64,000 nt of DNA from a virus (lineage: Duplodnaviria > Heunggongvirae > Uroviricota > Caudoviricetes): IMG/VR virus record IMGVR_UViG_3300031414_000001, positions 176,437 to 240,436 of that record; one strand, written 5' to 3'. The notes beneath the pieces are model-generated. The model saw nothing but the letters and a program-made list of their open reading frames with translations, ran no database searches and had not been told where the DNA came from. The position numbers and the translations under genes were made by a program. Positions 38,298 through 47,513 of this stretch are shown piece after piece. Each line of letters starts with the position of its first letter. Position 1 is the first letter of the stretch.

Positions 38298-39128
38298 TCA
38301 TTGGTCTAATGTTTCTTTCCATTTGTTCAGCTTTTTGCTCATATACGACAGGAACAAGTACTGAATTTCTTCTGCTGTATTGTTTGGATGTTGTAATGCG
38401 AACATATCCATAGCACAAATTGCTAGGTCAACAGCTTCACCAGCAACACCATCTGAACCAGCATCTTTATAAGACAAACCATCTGCGATATTGTCTTCTA
38501 ATGCCATTTCACCAAGTTCTTCCATGCATTTCTTGAATACATAGTTATTGGTACGAGTTTCGTCAGTACCTTTAGAACCTAATTCTACTGAAAGTTGAAA
38601 CATTTCAGATAGACCAGATTCCAGTACTTCACTGAAGTCACCAACATCAGTTGTGTCTTCTTCAGTTTCTGGAACTTTACTTGCACGACCCTGAAGTGCT
38701 TTCATAGCAGCGATACGGTAATAATGATTATACGCATCTTGTTCTTCACGAGTTAGCAAAGCAACCAGCGGTTCAAGTTCTTGTTCGTTGAACATTTCCA
38801 GTACTTGATAAATGGCACGACCTGTTTTCAGGAATTCTTCTTGTCCTGATAAACCTTCATTGTACCAATCTGCTAAGTTAGCAAATTCAGCAACTTGCTC
38901 ACCAAGTACTGAAACTTTGAATACTTCAATTGAAGATTGTACACTGATTGAAATAACGTCAGACAGTACTAACAGTTTAGAGTTTACCATTTCTTCAATC
39001 AACGCAGCAGGATATTTGTCATATGGTGTGCGAGTATTGTATTCATGGTTAACTTGGGTACTAATTACTTCCCCTGGTTCAACGTGAAGTAGTAAGTCAC
39101 GTGCTAAAATAATTGATTCAGTGTTCAT
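38298..39128 (-). CDS. protein with C-terminal MazG-like domain
   Basis: KCMEELGEMA...GEAVDLAICAMD; start MNTESI after the terminator. Confidence 0.65.
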   Translation of the reverse strand: MNTESIILARDLLLHVEPGEVISTQVNHEYNTRTPYDKYPAALIEEMVNSKLLVLSDVISISVQSSIEVFKVSVLGEQVAEFANLADWYNEGLSGQEEFLKTGRAIYQVLEMFNEQELEPLVALLTREEQDAYNHYYRIAAMKALQGRASKVPETEEDTTDVGDFSEVLESGLSEMFQLSVELGSKGTDETRTNNYVFKKCMEELGEMALEDNIADGLSYKDAGSDGVAGEAVDLAICAMDMFALQHPNNTAEEIQYLFLSYMSKKLNKWKETLDQ

Positions 39129-39140
39129 CGTTTTTGTCCT

Positions 39141-39168
39141 AAAAGAAAAGGGAGCATTAGCTCCCTTT
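39141..39168 (-). terminator. intrinsic terminator
   Basis: AAGGGAGC-atta-GCTCCCTT. Confidence 0.75.
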
Positions 39169-39672
39169 GTGTTGACGTTTACGTTTAGTACAATCTTTCC
39201 ATGAAAGACTGCGACGTGCGTGAATGTCATCCCACGGATTCGGTAGATTCCTGCGACGACCACGAAATTCTGGTTCACCTTCTTCTTTGAGAACTGCTGC
39301 TACAGCCCGACGCTCAGCCATTGTTTCCATCTTACGATTGTAAGTGGTGCTGTGTCCGTGACGATAACGCCAGAATGGACCACCGTACCGCCAGCTTTTC
39401 ATCGCATGGCTGAAGTACTCACCTTTGAACAAGTCTGGTGAAATCATCAGACCGTTAGATGTGTACAGGTAGAATTCTAAGTAATCCAAGTCATAACGAC
39501 TGCTGTAAGAAAAGTAACCCCACTTTGGACGGTCGTATTTACACAACCATTTCATGCGGTAGTAAAACTTCTCAGCACCGCCAGGATAGGTACGAAGCCA
39601 ACCCAGCAAATTATTAGTTTCTACGAAACGTCCATCATCGAAGTAGATTTTAAAGGTTTGATCAAAGAACAT
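39157..39672 (-). CDS. basic hypothetical protein
   Basis: R/K-rich with RRNLPNPWDD...SWK motif. Confidence 0.6.
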   Translation of the reverse strand: MFFDQTFKIYFDDGRFVETNNLLGWLRTYPGGAEKFYYRMKWLCKYDRPKWGYFSYSSRYDLDYLEFYLYTSNGLMISPDLFKGEYFSHAMKSWRYGGPFWRYRHGHSTTYNRKMETMAERRAVAAVLKEEGEPEFRGRRRNLPNPWDDIHARRSLSWKDCTKRKRQHKGS

Positions 39673-39748
39673 ATGTCCTCCTTCGTTAAGTTAAAGTATC
39701 TTAACGGAATGACATACGACCCTTAGTAAATTGTTTCATTTGTGTTCC

Positions 39749-39886
39749 TTAGCTAATATAAGCCCAATACCCGAAGCCCACAATAGCTCCGAGTGCGATA
39801 AGACAAAGCAGAATCCAACGACCTGCCGCACCCATACATAACAGTTCTACAATCATTTCAATCAAAGCAAATACTAACTCACCCAT
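39749..39886 (-). CDS. 45-aa membrane protein (not in ORF track)
   Basis: MGELVFALIEMIVELLCMGAAGRWILLCLIALGAIVGFGYWAYIS*. Confidence 0.45.
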   Translation of the reverse strand: MGELVFALIEMIVELLCMGAAGRWILLCLIALGAIVGFGYWAYIS

Positions 39887-40116
39887 TTGATGATGCTCCA
39901 GATAACAGGGAATGCTCCACCGTAATACATCAGTACTAAACCAATGATTACACCAGTAAATCCAATAGGAACTTCTACAATGTGTAGGAAGTTAGGTGAT
40001 TTACCCATATCACGTAGACCGCCGATAACCAATGCTATTCCAATCATTGAGATAACGAAATGGAGAATCATTGGCCCAACTGCCATTAAATCTGATAACA
40101 TTTTTTCAGGTGTCAT
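39874..40116 (-). CDS. small membrane protein
   Basis: Two hydrophobic helices. Confidence 0.6.
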   Translation of the reverse strand: MTPEKMLSDLMAVGPMILHFVISMIGIALVIGGLRDMGKSPNFLHIVEVPIGFTGVIIGLVLMYYGGAFPVIWSIIKWVS

Positions 40117-40322
40117 TATAACACCTGAATGTAGTTAATACAAGCCATCCAGACCGTAAACAGTCCAAATACTACTGCTGAACCGAAGATCAATGCTGGT
40201 GTTAACGTGTGTTTGCCGTTAGCTGTCCACACGAACAAATACATTGCTAATCCAATTGCCACAAATCCAATACCAATAGTAAGGAATAGTAGAAACAAGA
40301 TTGTAGCCAAAACGAACATCAT
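40116..40322 (-). CDS. small membrane protein
   Basis: Two hydrophobic helices. Confidence 0.6.
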   Translation of the reverse strand: MMFVLATILFLLFLTIGIGFVAIGLAMYLFVWTANGKHTLTPALIFGSAVVFGLFTVWMACINYIQVL

Positions 40323-41017
40323 GTGTTCACCTCTTTAGGGAATAGGATACGGAATCCTGTCATTGTCGCATTATGCGTTGCTTTTGCGTAGTTTAACACA
40401 ACCTGACAACGCTCGTCAAGTGTTCCAGTACTGTTTTTATACAGTTCGTACACCGTAGAATGAATCTCATTCAAGTACGCAATATCTTGCTCTTTAGTAG
40501 TTTCCGTATCAGGATGATATTTCCACTTAGCATAATATGGGAACTTGAACGCATGACAAATGTTCTTCAGGCCAAGTACTTCATCGTAGTCTTCTTCTAC
40601 GGTAAGTTTCTTTTTGCCTTTATCAAATGCTTTAGAAGCAATTGAACTGATACATGAGCGAACTTCATGTGGTAACTTAGAATCAAAAGCTATATCAATA
40701 TCTTTCTGAATAGCTGGGTTACAAATACACATGAAGTACTTTGGTTGCATCGACCGAAGTTCACCTTCGAATGATTTACGATGCATAATTTCTACGTTAA
40801 TTGGGAGTTCAGTGAATCCCATGTAGAATGTTTTGTGACGTTTCTCTGGAGGTTCTTCATCAATTACCAGAGTAACATCAATATCGTTTGGTTGAACATC
40901 GAAACCATGAAACTGTTCAACATAAGAACCGTAGATAACAATATTATGGTATCCAAGTTCAGTGAAATATTCGTGAATCTTATCCAGTACTAACTGTTGT
41001 TCAGGTGTGATATTCAT
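40319..41017 (-). CDS. nucleotidyltransferase-domain protein
   Basis: IYGSY...DIDV (GS + DxD) Pol-beta signature. Confidence 0.65.
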   Translation of the reverse strand: MNITPEQQLVLDKIHEYFTELGYHNIVIYGSYVEQFHGFDVQPNDIDVTLVIDEEPPEKRHKTFYMGFTELPINVEIMHRKSFEGELRSMQPKYFMCICNPAIQKDIDIAFDSKLPHEVRSCISSIASKAFDKGKKKLTVEEDYDEVLGLKNICHAFKFPYYAKWKYHPDTETTKEQDIAYLNEIHSTVYELYKNSTGTLDERCQVVLNYAKATHNATMTGFRILFPKEVNT

Positions 41018-41031
41018 TTTCTTTATCCAAT

Positions 41032-41055
41032 AAAAAAGGCCACATTGCGTGGCCT
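41032..41055 (-). terminator. intrinsic terminator
   Basis: AGGCCAC-attgc-GTGGCCT plus U6. Confidence 0.85.
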
Positions 41056-41167
41056 ATAAAGAATGTAATAAAACAACATGGAGTCAAAATATTATTATTG
41101 TTATGTAACTATTTATGTTGTTTGTCATTCTACAAGCCAGAAATGGAGTGCCATTTTGCTGTTTAAT
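41032..41167 (-). ncRNA. candidate ~135-nt small RNA
   Basis: Promoter at 41174-41202 and terminator at 41032-41055 bracket an interval with no credible ORF. Confidence 0.4.
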
Positions 41168-41173
41168 AACACC

Positions 41174-41202
41174 ATTATAGCACAAAAAATCAGGCCGTTC
41201 CA
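41174..41202 (-). promoter_or_regulatory. promoter TGGAAC-N17-TATAAT
   Basis: TGGAAC ggcctgattttttgtgc TATAAT. Confidence 0.65.
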
Positions 41203-41387
41203 TATATTTTTGTGAGATTATCAGCAAGTGTTTTCATCTCTGTTTCAGTACCGTAAGCAATAGAATAGCTTAACTTAAAGAACCAAAACTTCTTCACTTT
41301 CATACAATGATAAAACACTATATCTGAATCGCCGATTTGTGGATCAGCTTTAGCATAGAATGATACTTTCATAAGATTTGTATCCAT
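41190..41387 (-). CDS. hypothetical protein
   Basis: 65-aa ORF. Confidence 0.5.
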   Translation of the reverse strand: MDTNLMKVSFYAKADPQIGDSDIVFYHCMKVKKFWFFKLSYSIAYGTETEMKTLADNLTKIYGTA

Positions 41388-41388
41388 T

Positions 41389-41413
41389 AAAAAGGGGATA
41401 CAATGTATCCCCT
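41389..41413 (-). terminator. intrinsic terminator after phoH-like gene
   Basis: AGGGGATACA-a-TGTATCCCCT. Confidence 0.75.
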
Positions 41414-41420
41414 AAAGTTG

Positions 41421-42863
41421 TTATAGATTTTCTTCCGCAAACGCAGCAAGAACAGAACGTTGTACGCCCTCTAGCTCGATGATGCGGCAACCTTCCCAAT
41501 CTTTGAACTTCTCAGTTACATAAGTCAAACCTGAGTTGGTAGGACTGATGAACTTGTTGTCAATCTGAGATAAGTTACCCATGATGATTACTTTACAGTT
41601 TTCACCAGCACGAGTTAGAATTGTTTTTGCTTGAGCAGGAGTGATGTTCTGGAATTCATCGACAATCAAGATTGTATTGATGAAACTACGACCACGAACA
41701 AAGTTCAATGCTTTAAATTGGAAGACATTACGTTTCATAATTTCTTCAATTGAACCTTGTGGGTTCGCATCGTCTTTGTGTAGATACTCTAGGGCATCCA
41801 CCGCAGCACCACAGAACGGCATTACTTTTTCTAGTTCTGAACCTGGCAAGAAGCCGATTTCTTCGAACTGAGAATCTTGAGTTTTAGAGAAAATGATACG
41901 GTCATATTTTTTCTTCTCTAGTACTAATTCAAGGGCAGAAGCAACAGTGATCAACGTCTTACCAGTACCTGCTGGACCTAGTAGGATAGTTAGATGTACA
42001 TCTTTATCCATGATAGAGTTGATAGCCATAGCTTGCTGAATGTTCTTGGCTTTAATGCCCCATACTTTACGAGATAGAGCTTTCGCTAAACCTACATCGC
42101 TGAAACAAACCATATCACGGTCATCGTCGTGGTCAAGTACTGAAGCAAATCCTTCAAATACAAATAGACCATCTGCCTGATCATAAACATAGTCACCGAT
42201 ACACAAATCAGCCGGAAGAATGTGTTTAACATTTTCCTCTGGAATCATATGAATGAGTTTTGAACCTTCCTGATTTGAGTAAACTACGTCACCAACTTCT
42301 GCCCAAAAATCTTCTACTTCTAATTCGTGATTACCAGTATGGATTAGGTCAGAGTCTTCGATAGTTACATCGTGACGATAATCTTGTACCTCAACACCGT
42401 ATGCCAGTGCTTTAATACGCATATTAATGTCGCGAGTTACTAGAACTGCTTGTGATAGTTTAGCAACGAGGATGATTTCATCATCCGGTACTGTACTTTT
42501 GAAAAGAGTTTCAAGCTTAGGATCGAAGGTTTCAGTACTGAGATCGGTGTTAGCCAAATGCCAGATTGCTGTAAGTTCTTCGATGGTTAGTACGAATAGA
42601 CGGGTATCTGCGTTGATGTGAGGGTGGGTTTTAGAAATCTGAACACCTTCAGTGCTGATTTCTTCATGAGTTGCTGTCTCAAGGATAGTACTAATATTGC
42701 GGATAGCAACACGAGCATCGCGTGAAATATCAACTTTACGACTCTTGATGGAATCTAATTCTTCCAGTACTTTGAACGGTAGAATTACATGTGAACCTTC
42801 AAACGCTAGGACTGCGTTAGGATCACCAAGAATCACGTTTGTGTCAAGAACATATTTTTTCAT
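41421..42863 (-). CDS. phoH: PhoH-like protein (PIN domain + PhoH ATPase)
   Basis: YVLDTNV PIN start; GPAGTGKT; RGRSF; IVDEFQN; LTRAGE; GNLSQID; QRS. Confidence 0.93.
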   Translation of the reverse strand: MKKYVLDTNVILGDPNAVLAFEGSHVILPFKVLEELDSIKSRKVDISRDARVAIRNISTILETATHEEISTEGVQISKTHPHINADTRLFVLTIEELTAIWHLANTDLSTETFDPKLETLFKSTVPDDEIILVAKLSQAVLVTRDINMRIKALAYGVEVQDYRHDVTIEDSDLIHTGNHELEVEDFWAEVGDVVYSNQEGSKLIHMIPEENVKHILPADLCIGDYVYDQADGLFVFEGFASVLDHDDDRDMVCFSDVGLAKALSRKVWGIKAKNIQQAMAINSIMDKDVHLTILLGPAGTGKTLITVASALELVLEKKKYDRIIFSKTQDSQFEEIGFLPGSELEKVMPFCGAAVDALEYLHKDDANPQGSIEEIMKRNVFQFKALNFVRGRSFINTILIVDEFQNITPAQAKTILTRAGENCKVIIMGNLSQIDNKFISPTNSGLTYVTEKFKDWEGCRIIELEGVQRSVLAAFAEENL

Positions 42864-42934
42864 AAACATCCTTTTTGTGTTTGTGTGTGGTAACACGTTG
42901 TTTTCCTAACTGTATTTAATGCTCCGAAATACAG

Positions 42935-43243
42935 TTAGTTTTTGGCAGGTTGGTAATCCACATAGCACTGATCTCCTTGTGCTTCTTCATACCAACATTC
43001 TTGATAAACCAGTTGACCTAAGAAAACTGGCTTATCTGAAATAGCCGACTTATTATTACCGAATTTATCGGTATATTGGAACGAGCATTTATTGTCAGAA
43101 GTACATTGGCCTAAGCCATAAACTTGTCCGACGTTATAATAAACGTTCTGGTGTTCAGTACTTTTTGTATTTTTGACAATAGCGGTTATTCCCCATGCCA
43201 ATAGAGCAGAAAATATTAAACTCCAGATTACACGTTTCATCAT
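42935..43243 (-). CDS. exported or membrane-anchored hypothetical protein
   Basis: N-terminal hydrophobic helix; two Cys pairs. Confidence 0.6.
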   Translation of the reverse strand: MMKRVIWSLIFSALLAWGITAIVKNTKSTEHQNVYYNVGQVYGLGQCTSDNKCSFQYTDKFGNNKSAISDKPVFLGQLVYQECWYEEAQGDQCYVDYQPAKN

Positions 43244-44145
43244 AAACTCCGAATAAATTTAAATGCGTTATCCAGGTAAGCAACAATATTCATTGCCCCG
43301 ATTGGATTAGCACTATGAACATGATATTCAAATGGTTTCCCAATCTGATTATCCATCATGTACTCGACTAAAAATTTCGCAAAGGTATAACCAGTTTCTT
43401 CATCTTCATTTTCAGTATCGCCTAAATCATGATCGAAAGAAACAAAGGCTGGTAAACCATGTTCGTTGACGTAAGCAACTGCTTCTTGATACGTGCGACA
43501 AACTACGAATTCTTCATTTGGATAGTATCGTTCAACGTCGCGAAGATCGTCTAAGAACATCTTATATGAAGTTTCAGTTTTGCCATCATCAACATAGTCA
43601 ATAAGCAGATTCTTTGAGCGAACGAGCTTCATCAGTTCCATTTTGGCAGTACCGACAAAGTTTTGTTCTAACAGAATGTTCCAACCACATTCAATCTTGT
43701 TACCTTTCAGGTAACGACATGTATGTAATAAGTTCACACCTGCGTTTTCAGCAGCAAAGTGTACGCCATTATGTGCGTTATTGCGAATTTCCAGAAGTTC
43801 TTCATAAGATACTTCTAAAGAAAACGCATGGTTGTGGGAACCAATTACGGTATTTTTATAACTTACCAGTGGTTGTAAACGATCCATCGGTAAATCATAA
43901 TCAATTTCTTCTTTGGCTTCACGCATAACAGCGATTTCCAGACTTGGATCATCGTGTTCTACCATTCCACCTACTGCCCCCAGCAAACCATCATAACGTA
44001 ATTCTGACAGTACTAAACTCACGTTAGGAATGTCATTATACGGATAGTTCGCATATGGAGTACAGTTCTTCGCATAAATCCATACGAATACACAATCATA
44101 ACGTTCAGATCGTGTACCGAATGGAATTTCTTGATACATAGCCAC
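43240..44145 (-). CDS. Nudix hydrolase fused to a cyclic-phosphate-processing receiver-like domain
   Basis: GGMVE...AVMREAKEEID Nudix box; C-terminal MFLDDLR...SFDHDLG...TGYTFAKFL...VHSANPIG. Confidence 0.7.
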   Translation of the reverse strand: MAMYQEIPFGTRSERYDCVFVWIYAKNCTPYANYPYNDIPNVSLVLSELRYDGLLGAVGGMVEHDDPSLEIAVMREAKEEIDYDLPMDRLQPLVSYKNTVIGSHNHAFSLEVSYEELLEIRNNAHNGVHFAAENAGVNLLHTCRYLKGNKIECGWNILLEQNFVGTAKMELMKLVRSKNLLIDYVDDGKTETSYKMFLDDLRDVERYYPNEEFVVCRTYQEAVAYVNEHGLPAFVSFDHDLGDTENEDEETGYTFAKFLVEYMMDNQIGKPFEYHVHSANPIGAMNIVAYLDNAFKFIRSL

Positions 44146-44156
44146 TTTGAGTACCC

Positions 44157-44948
44157 TTAGTATTCTTCATTGGTAAAATCAGGAACATGTAAACGCTCAT
44201 GCGTGTACTGTTCAAGAAGTTCTACAGCCTCAGAAATTGGCTGATACAAGTTATAAGTAAAGTAATCATCGTTTTCGTGTGCTTCTGGATTCACGTTAAC
44301 TACTTCCGCATTAGTCGCTAGACCCGCATAAATGCTCCACGGAATTACGGTATCAGAAGAACCAATTACGATAACAGTATCTTCAGCAGTTAAGCTGTCC
44401 AGTACTTTATAAAGGTCATCATAAATGTTCTTACGAACACCATCTTTGAACCAGAAACCTTCTCCGAACATTACAATATTCGGTTTAGAGATTACACCTT
44501 TAGTTGGTGTATGTTCCGTATAACCAATATCACGAACGTTATAGTTCTGATCGTTAGTACTATACGGTTCCACAATTTCAGTTAAGAAACCATGTACGTG
44601 CATCGCTGTACCGCCAGCACGTTCAGCCAGATCATCTACGTTCGCAGTAATGTGAATCACATTATCATCACCGTAGATCTGTTGCATACGTGCGATAAAC
44701 TCATGACCAATGTTTGGTTCATGGTTCTGTAGTCCAACACGCATGTTGTTATAGAAACGATGAATCAGATCGTAGTTAATGTCAAATGTCGCAATGTTAC
44801 AAACAGTATCGACACTTACACCATCCCACAAGCCTTCTCCGGCAGCATCACGGAAAGTCTGAATACCAGATTCTTTAGATAGTCCTGCACCAGTTGCGAA
44901 TACAAGTCGCGGTCGGCCTTTATTCGCTAGAAAGCGTTCGAGATTCAT
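44157..44948 (-). CDS. Sir2-family NAD-dependent deacylase
   Basis: TGAGLSKESGIQTFRD, ITANVDDLAERAG, HVHG, KPNIVMFGE, IGSS, VNP. Confidence 0.92.
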   Translation of the reverse strand: MNLERFLANKGRPRLVFATGAGLSKESGIQTFRDAAGEGLWDGVSVDTVCNIATFDINYDLIHRFYNNMRVGLQNHEPNIGHEFIARMQQIYGDDNVIHITANVDDLAERAGGTAMHVHGFLTEIVEPYSTNDQNYNVRDIGYTEHTPTKGVISKPNIVMFGEGFWFKDGVRKNIYDDLYKVLDSLTAEDTVIVIGSSDTVIPWSIYAGLATNAEVVNVNPEAHENDDYFTYNLYQPISEAVELLEQYTHERLHVPDFTNEEY

Positions 44949-44957
44949 TGTTTACCC

Positions 44958-45176
44958 TTATAAGTGTGAGAAATATAGTCGGCATCCACAACTTGGACAC
45001 TTCGGCTCTTTAATGTAATACCCATCAGTACCAGGAACAGTTCGTGGAGCATCCTTGATTACATATACATGAAAACAACGAGTACACGTTACTGAATTAT
45101 TGGCAGCAGGGTGTTCATCAACCCATTTACCAGAATGTAGCTTTTTTAAGTGTGCTTCTAATTCTTCTGGAGTCAT
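44958..45176 (-). CDS. small zinc-ribbon protein
   Basis: CTRC...CPSCG. Confidence 0.6.
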   Translation of the reverse strand: MTPEELEAHLKKLHSGKWVDEHPAANNSVTCTRCFHVYVIKDAPRTVPGTDGYYIKEPKCPSCGCRLYFSHL

Positions 45177-45188
45177 GTTCGTTTTCCA

Positions 45189-45635
45189 TTAAACGGTGAC
45201 TTTTAATTGCTCATTCCCAAAGGTTAATTCTTCGGGAAGAACCCCAAGATTAAAGACTAAATTGATCAGATCTTCATCTGTATCTTTTGGCTTATACACA
45301 ATACTCATATGACATTTCAAATCATCGAACTTGTGCTTAAACCCAGCATTGACTAACTCTTTATGGCGTTGCTGGATCTCTGGAGCATCTAGTAACAGTA
45401 CTATAGCCTCCCATTCACCACCTGGCTTACCAAGTCTTTCAACACCAGTAATCTTTGCCGTATAAGTCTTATCATTCGAAAGCAAATCTATTTCAGGATT
45501 ACTTTCATCTTGCATCACTGTAACATGAAACTCAGAGGGTGTCAAGCAATCAACACCCGCAATTTTAAATAATTTTTGGATCTCTTTTGCTTGATCAATA
45601 TCTAGATCTAGACCCACATAACCTTTCCCTGCCAT
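45189..45635 (-). CDS. 2H phosphoesterase, T4 gp57B/Acb1-like anti-CBASS nuclease
   Basis: GYVG, FHVTV and CHMSIVY (two HxT/S motifs), RHKELVNAGFKHKFDD; aligns by eye to T4 57B. Confidence 0.7.
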   Translation of the reverse strand: MAGKGYVGLDLDIDQAKEIQKLFKIAGVDCLTPSEFHVTVMQDESNPEIDLLSNDKTYTAKITGVERLGKPGGEWEAIVLLLDAPEIQQRHKELVNAGFKHKFDDLKCHMSIVYKPKDTDEDLINLVFNLGVLPEELTFGNEQLKVTV

Positions 45636-45644
45636 TATACACCT

Positions 45645-45842
45645 TTACATCGTTAAAATCAAGTATCCTAATACACTTAGGAACACACCTGCTATAACGA
45701 ACAAGGATACACCAGCAAAGATGTATGAACCTTTTTTGAACGTCATTGGAAGATCTTTGAACTTCGTTTTGTATTCCGAATAAGTCAGAAATCCGATTAC
45801 GAAATACGCCAGTACTGAAAGAAATAGCATGTATGTTAACAT
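45645..45842 (-). CDS. small membrane protein
   Basis: Two hydrophobic segments. Confidence 0.55.
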   Translation of the reverse strand: MLTYMLFLSVLAYFVIGFLTYSEYKTKFKDLPMTFKKGSYIFAGVSLFVIAGVFLSVLGYLILTM

Positions 45843-45844
45843 AT

Positions 45845-46777
45845 TTAATAATCCCGTTCTTTGTCATCACGGTACTTTTCAGCTAACTCAATAACGCTAT
45901 TGTGATAAGCAATATGAGTATTATAGTTGAAAGCTTGACCGCCAGTGATTGATGGAACTACTTGAATATTCAGTTGACGAAGATTTGTTTCAAAGACTGA
46001 TAATCCAATCATTTCTTCAGCATATACCAAATAATCAGTCATCTTGAAATTGAATTTACGTTGAACACCAGAACGTTCAATATGAATATCTTCATAGAAC
46101 GGCAATGGTGGTCGTTGGAATTCTGCCAACATTAACGCCATTGTAATTTCAGACCATACCCGTTCTTCAAGAGTTTCTTCTTCAGGATTTTCAGCAAGAA
46201 CTTTTGCTTCATATTCAGGAATGAACGTTTCATGATTAATAAAATAATCATAATGTGGATGGCTGCGAATCTTCTCTACCTGTTCAGCAGTACTGACAGT
46301 ACCAGCATAGTAAGTATATTCTGAACTCAACTTTTCATAGATATGTTTATGAACAGCATAAATCGCAATTGGTAATTCACGAACTACAGTATCATAACCA
46401 GTGTACTGAATATTAATACCATCGTTCCAGATAATATCTTGAACATCATCAAAAGTAAATGTCCATGATTCAGGTTTGTCCATATCTTCATCAAGAAGGA
46501 AATCTTCTTTTTTTAGATTATCACAAAGGAAACGATTATAGATTTCCCAAATTTCGCGATTTCTGGTAGTTTCTTCGAGTTTGTACTTACCATAATCATT
46601 ATAATAACCAGTCATTGGTAGACCGATGATATTATGAAAATGATCATTGTACAGGATTTTTGTTCTGTCGATACCAGGAGCAGCTACAGCCAAAAGAATT
46701 ACAACTTCATCTTTTTCGCCAATAGGAAGCTGAGAAACAGCACAAGATGTGTTAAAAGAACCCATTATTTTATCCAA
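45845..46777 (-). CDS. hypothetical protein
   Basis: 310 aa, MGSFNTSCAVSQLPI...PMTGYYNDYG. Confidence 0.65.
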   Translation of the reverse strand: MDKIMGSFNTSCAVSQLPIGEKDEVVILLAVAAPGIDRTKILYNDHFHNIIGLPMTGYYNDYGKYKLEETTRNREIWEIYNRFLCDNLKKEDFLLDEDMDKPESWTFTFDDVQDIIWNDGINIQYTGYDTVVRELPIAIYAVHKHIYEKLSSEYTYYAGTVSTAEQVEKIRSHPHYDYFINHETFIPEYEAKVLAENPEEETLEERVWSEITMALMLAEFQRPPLPFYEDIHIERSGVQRKFNFKMTDYLVYAEEMIGLSVFETNLRQLNIQVVPSITGGQAFNYNTHIAYHNSVIELAEKYRDDKERDY

Positions 46778-47001
46778 ATATAGTATAACGATACGGCAAA
46801 ATAAGCACCGAACGCAATAGTTGATAGTACTGTTACCAGGAACATTCCGTATTGAATCAAACGGTCTTTCCAGTTATTAGTATGTACAATAGCTGCCATA
46901 CCAACACCAACAAACAGGTTTAAGATAAATGGAAATAGTACTGCTAAACCAAATCCAACTACCATTATAGTTAAAGCAATATCTTTAAGAAATTCTAACA
47001 T
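46765..47001 (-). CDS. small membrane protein
   Basis: Hydrophobic helices. Confidence 0.55.
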   Translation of the reverse strand: MLEFLKDIALTIMVVGFGLAVLFPFILNLFVGVGMAAIVHTNNWKDRLIQYGMFLVTVLSTIAFGAYFAVSLYYIWIK

Positions 47002-47459
47002 AGAGAAACCTCAATATTATTATATTCGAATTTGATATATTTCGATTTCCCATTTTGAGAATATACTAAATGTATATTACTACCATCCGTGTTGACGGAA
47101 AGAACACGAAACGCACCAGATATTTTTTTACGGATAGATTTAGATGGACTAAATTTCCATATGATACGTTGGTTATCACGATTAAATTCAATAACAGTAC
47201 TATAATTGTTATTTGATGCTGTTTTACCATGATTTTTACGTTCACTTTTTACATAACCAACGAAATCATGATATTCAACAAAGTTATCCCTTAGCAATTC
47301 CTTTTTAAAGATTTTGCTTGACCAAAATACACAATATGATAGATGTGTATCACCAAAAATATCTTGGTACTTTTTCATTAATCCATCAACTTTTGGATTG
47401 TCAAACCACATGTTTGCTAAAGCACAAGTGTTTCTGGAATAAGACTCTACGATATTCAT
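46995..47459 (-). CDS. hypothetical protein
   Basis: 154-aa ORF. Confidence 0.55.
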   Translation of the reverse strand: MNIVESYSRNTCALANMWFDNPKVDGLMKKYQDIFGDTHLSYCVFWSSKIFKKELLRDNFVEYHDFVGYVKSERKNHGKTASNNNYSTVIEFNRDNQRIIWKFSPSKSIRKKISGAFRVLSVNTDGSNIHLVYSQNGKSKYIKFEYNNIEVSLC

Positions 47460-47480
47460 ATATGTTCTTCTCGATAAATT

Positions 47481-47507
47481 AAAAGAAAGGAGAGCCGAAG
47501 CTCTCCT
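47481..47507 (-). terminator. intrinsic terminator after Nampt
   Basis: AGGAGAGC-cgaa-GCTCTCCT (cUUCGg loop on the minus strand). Confidence 0.85.
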
Positions 47508-47513
47508 AAAATA

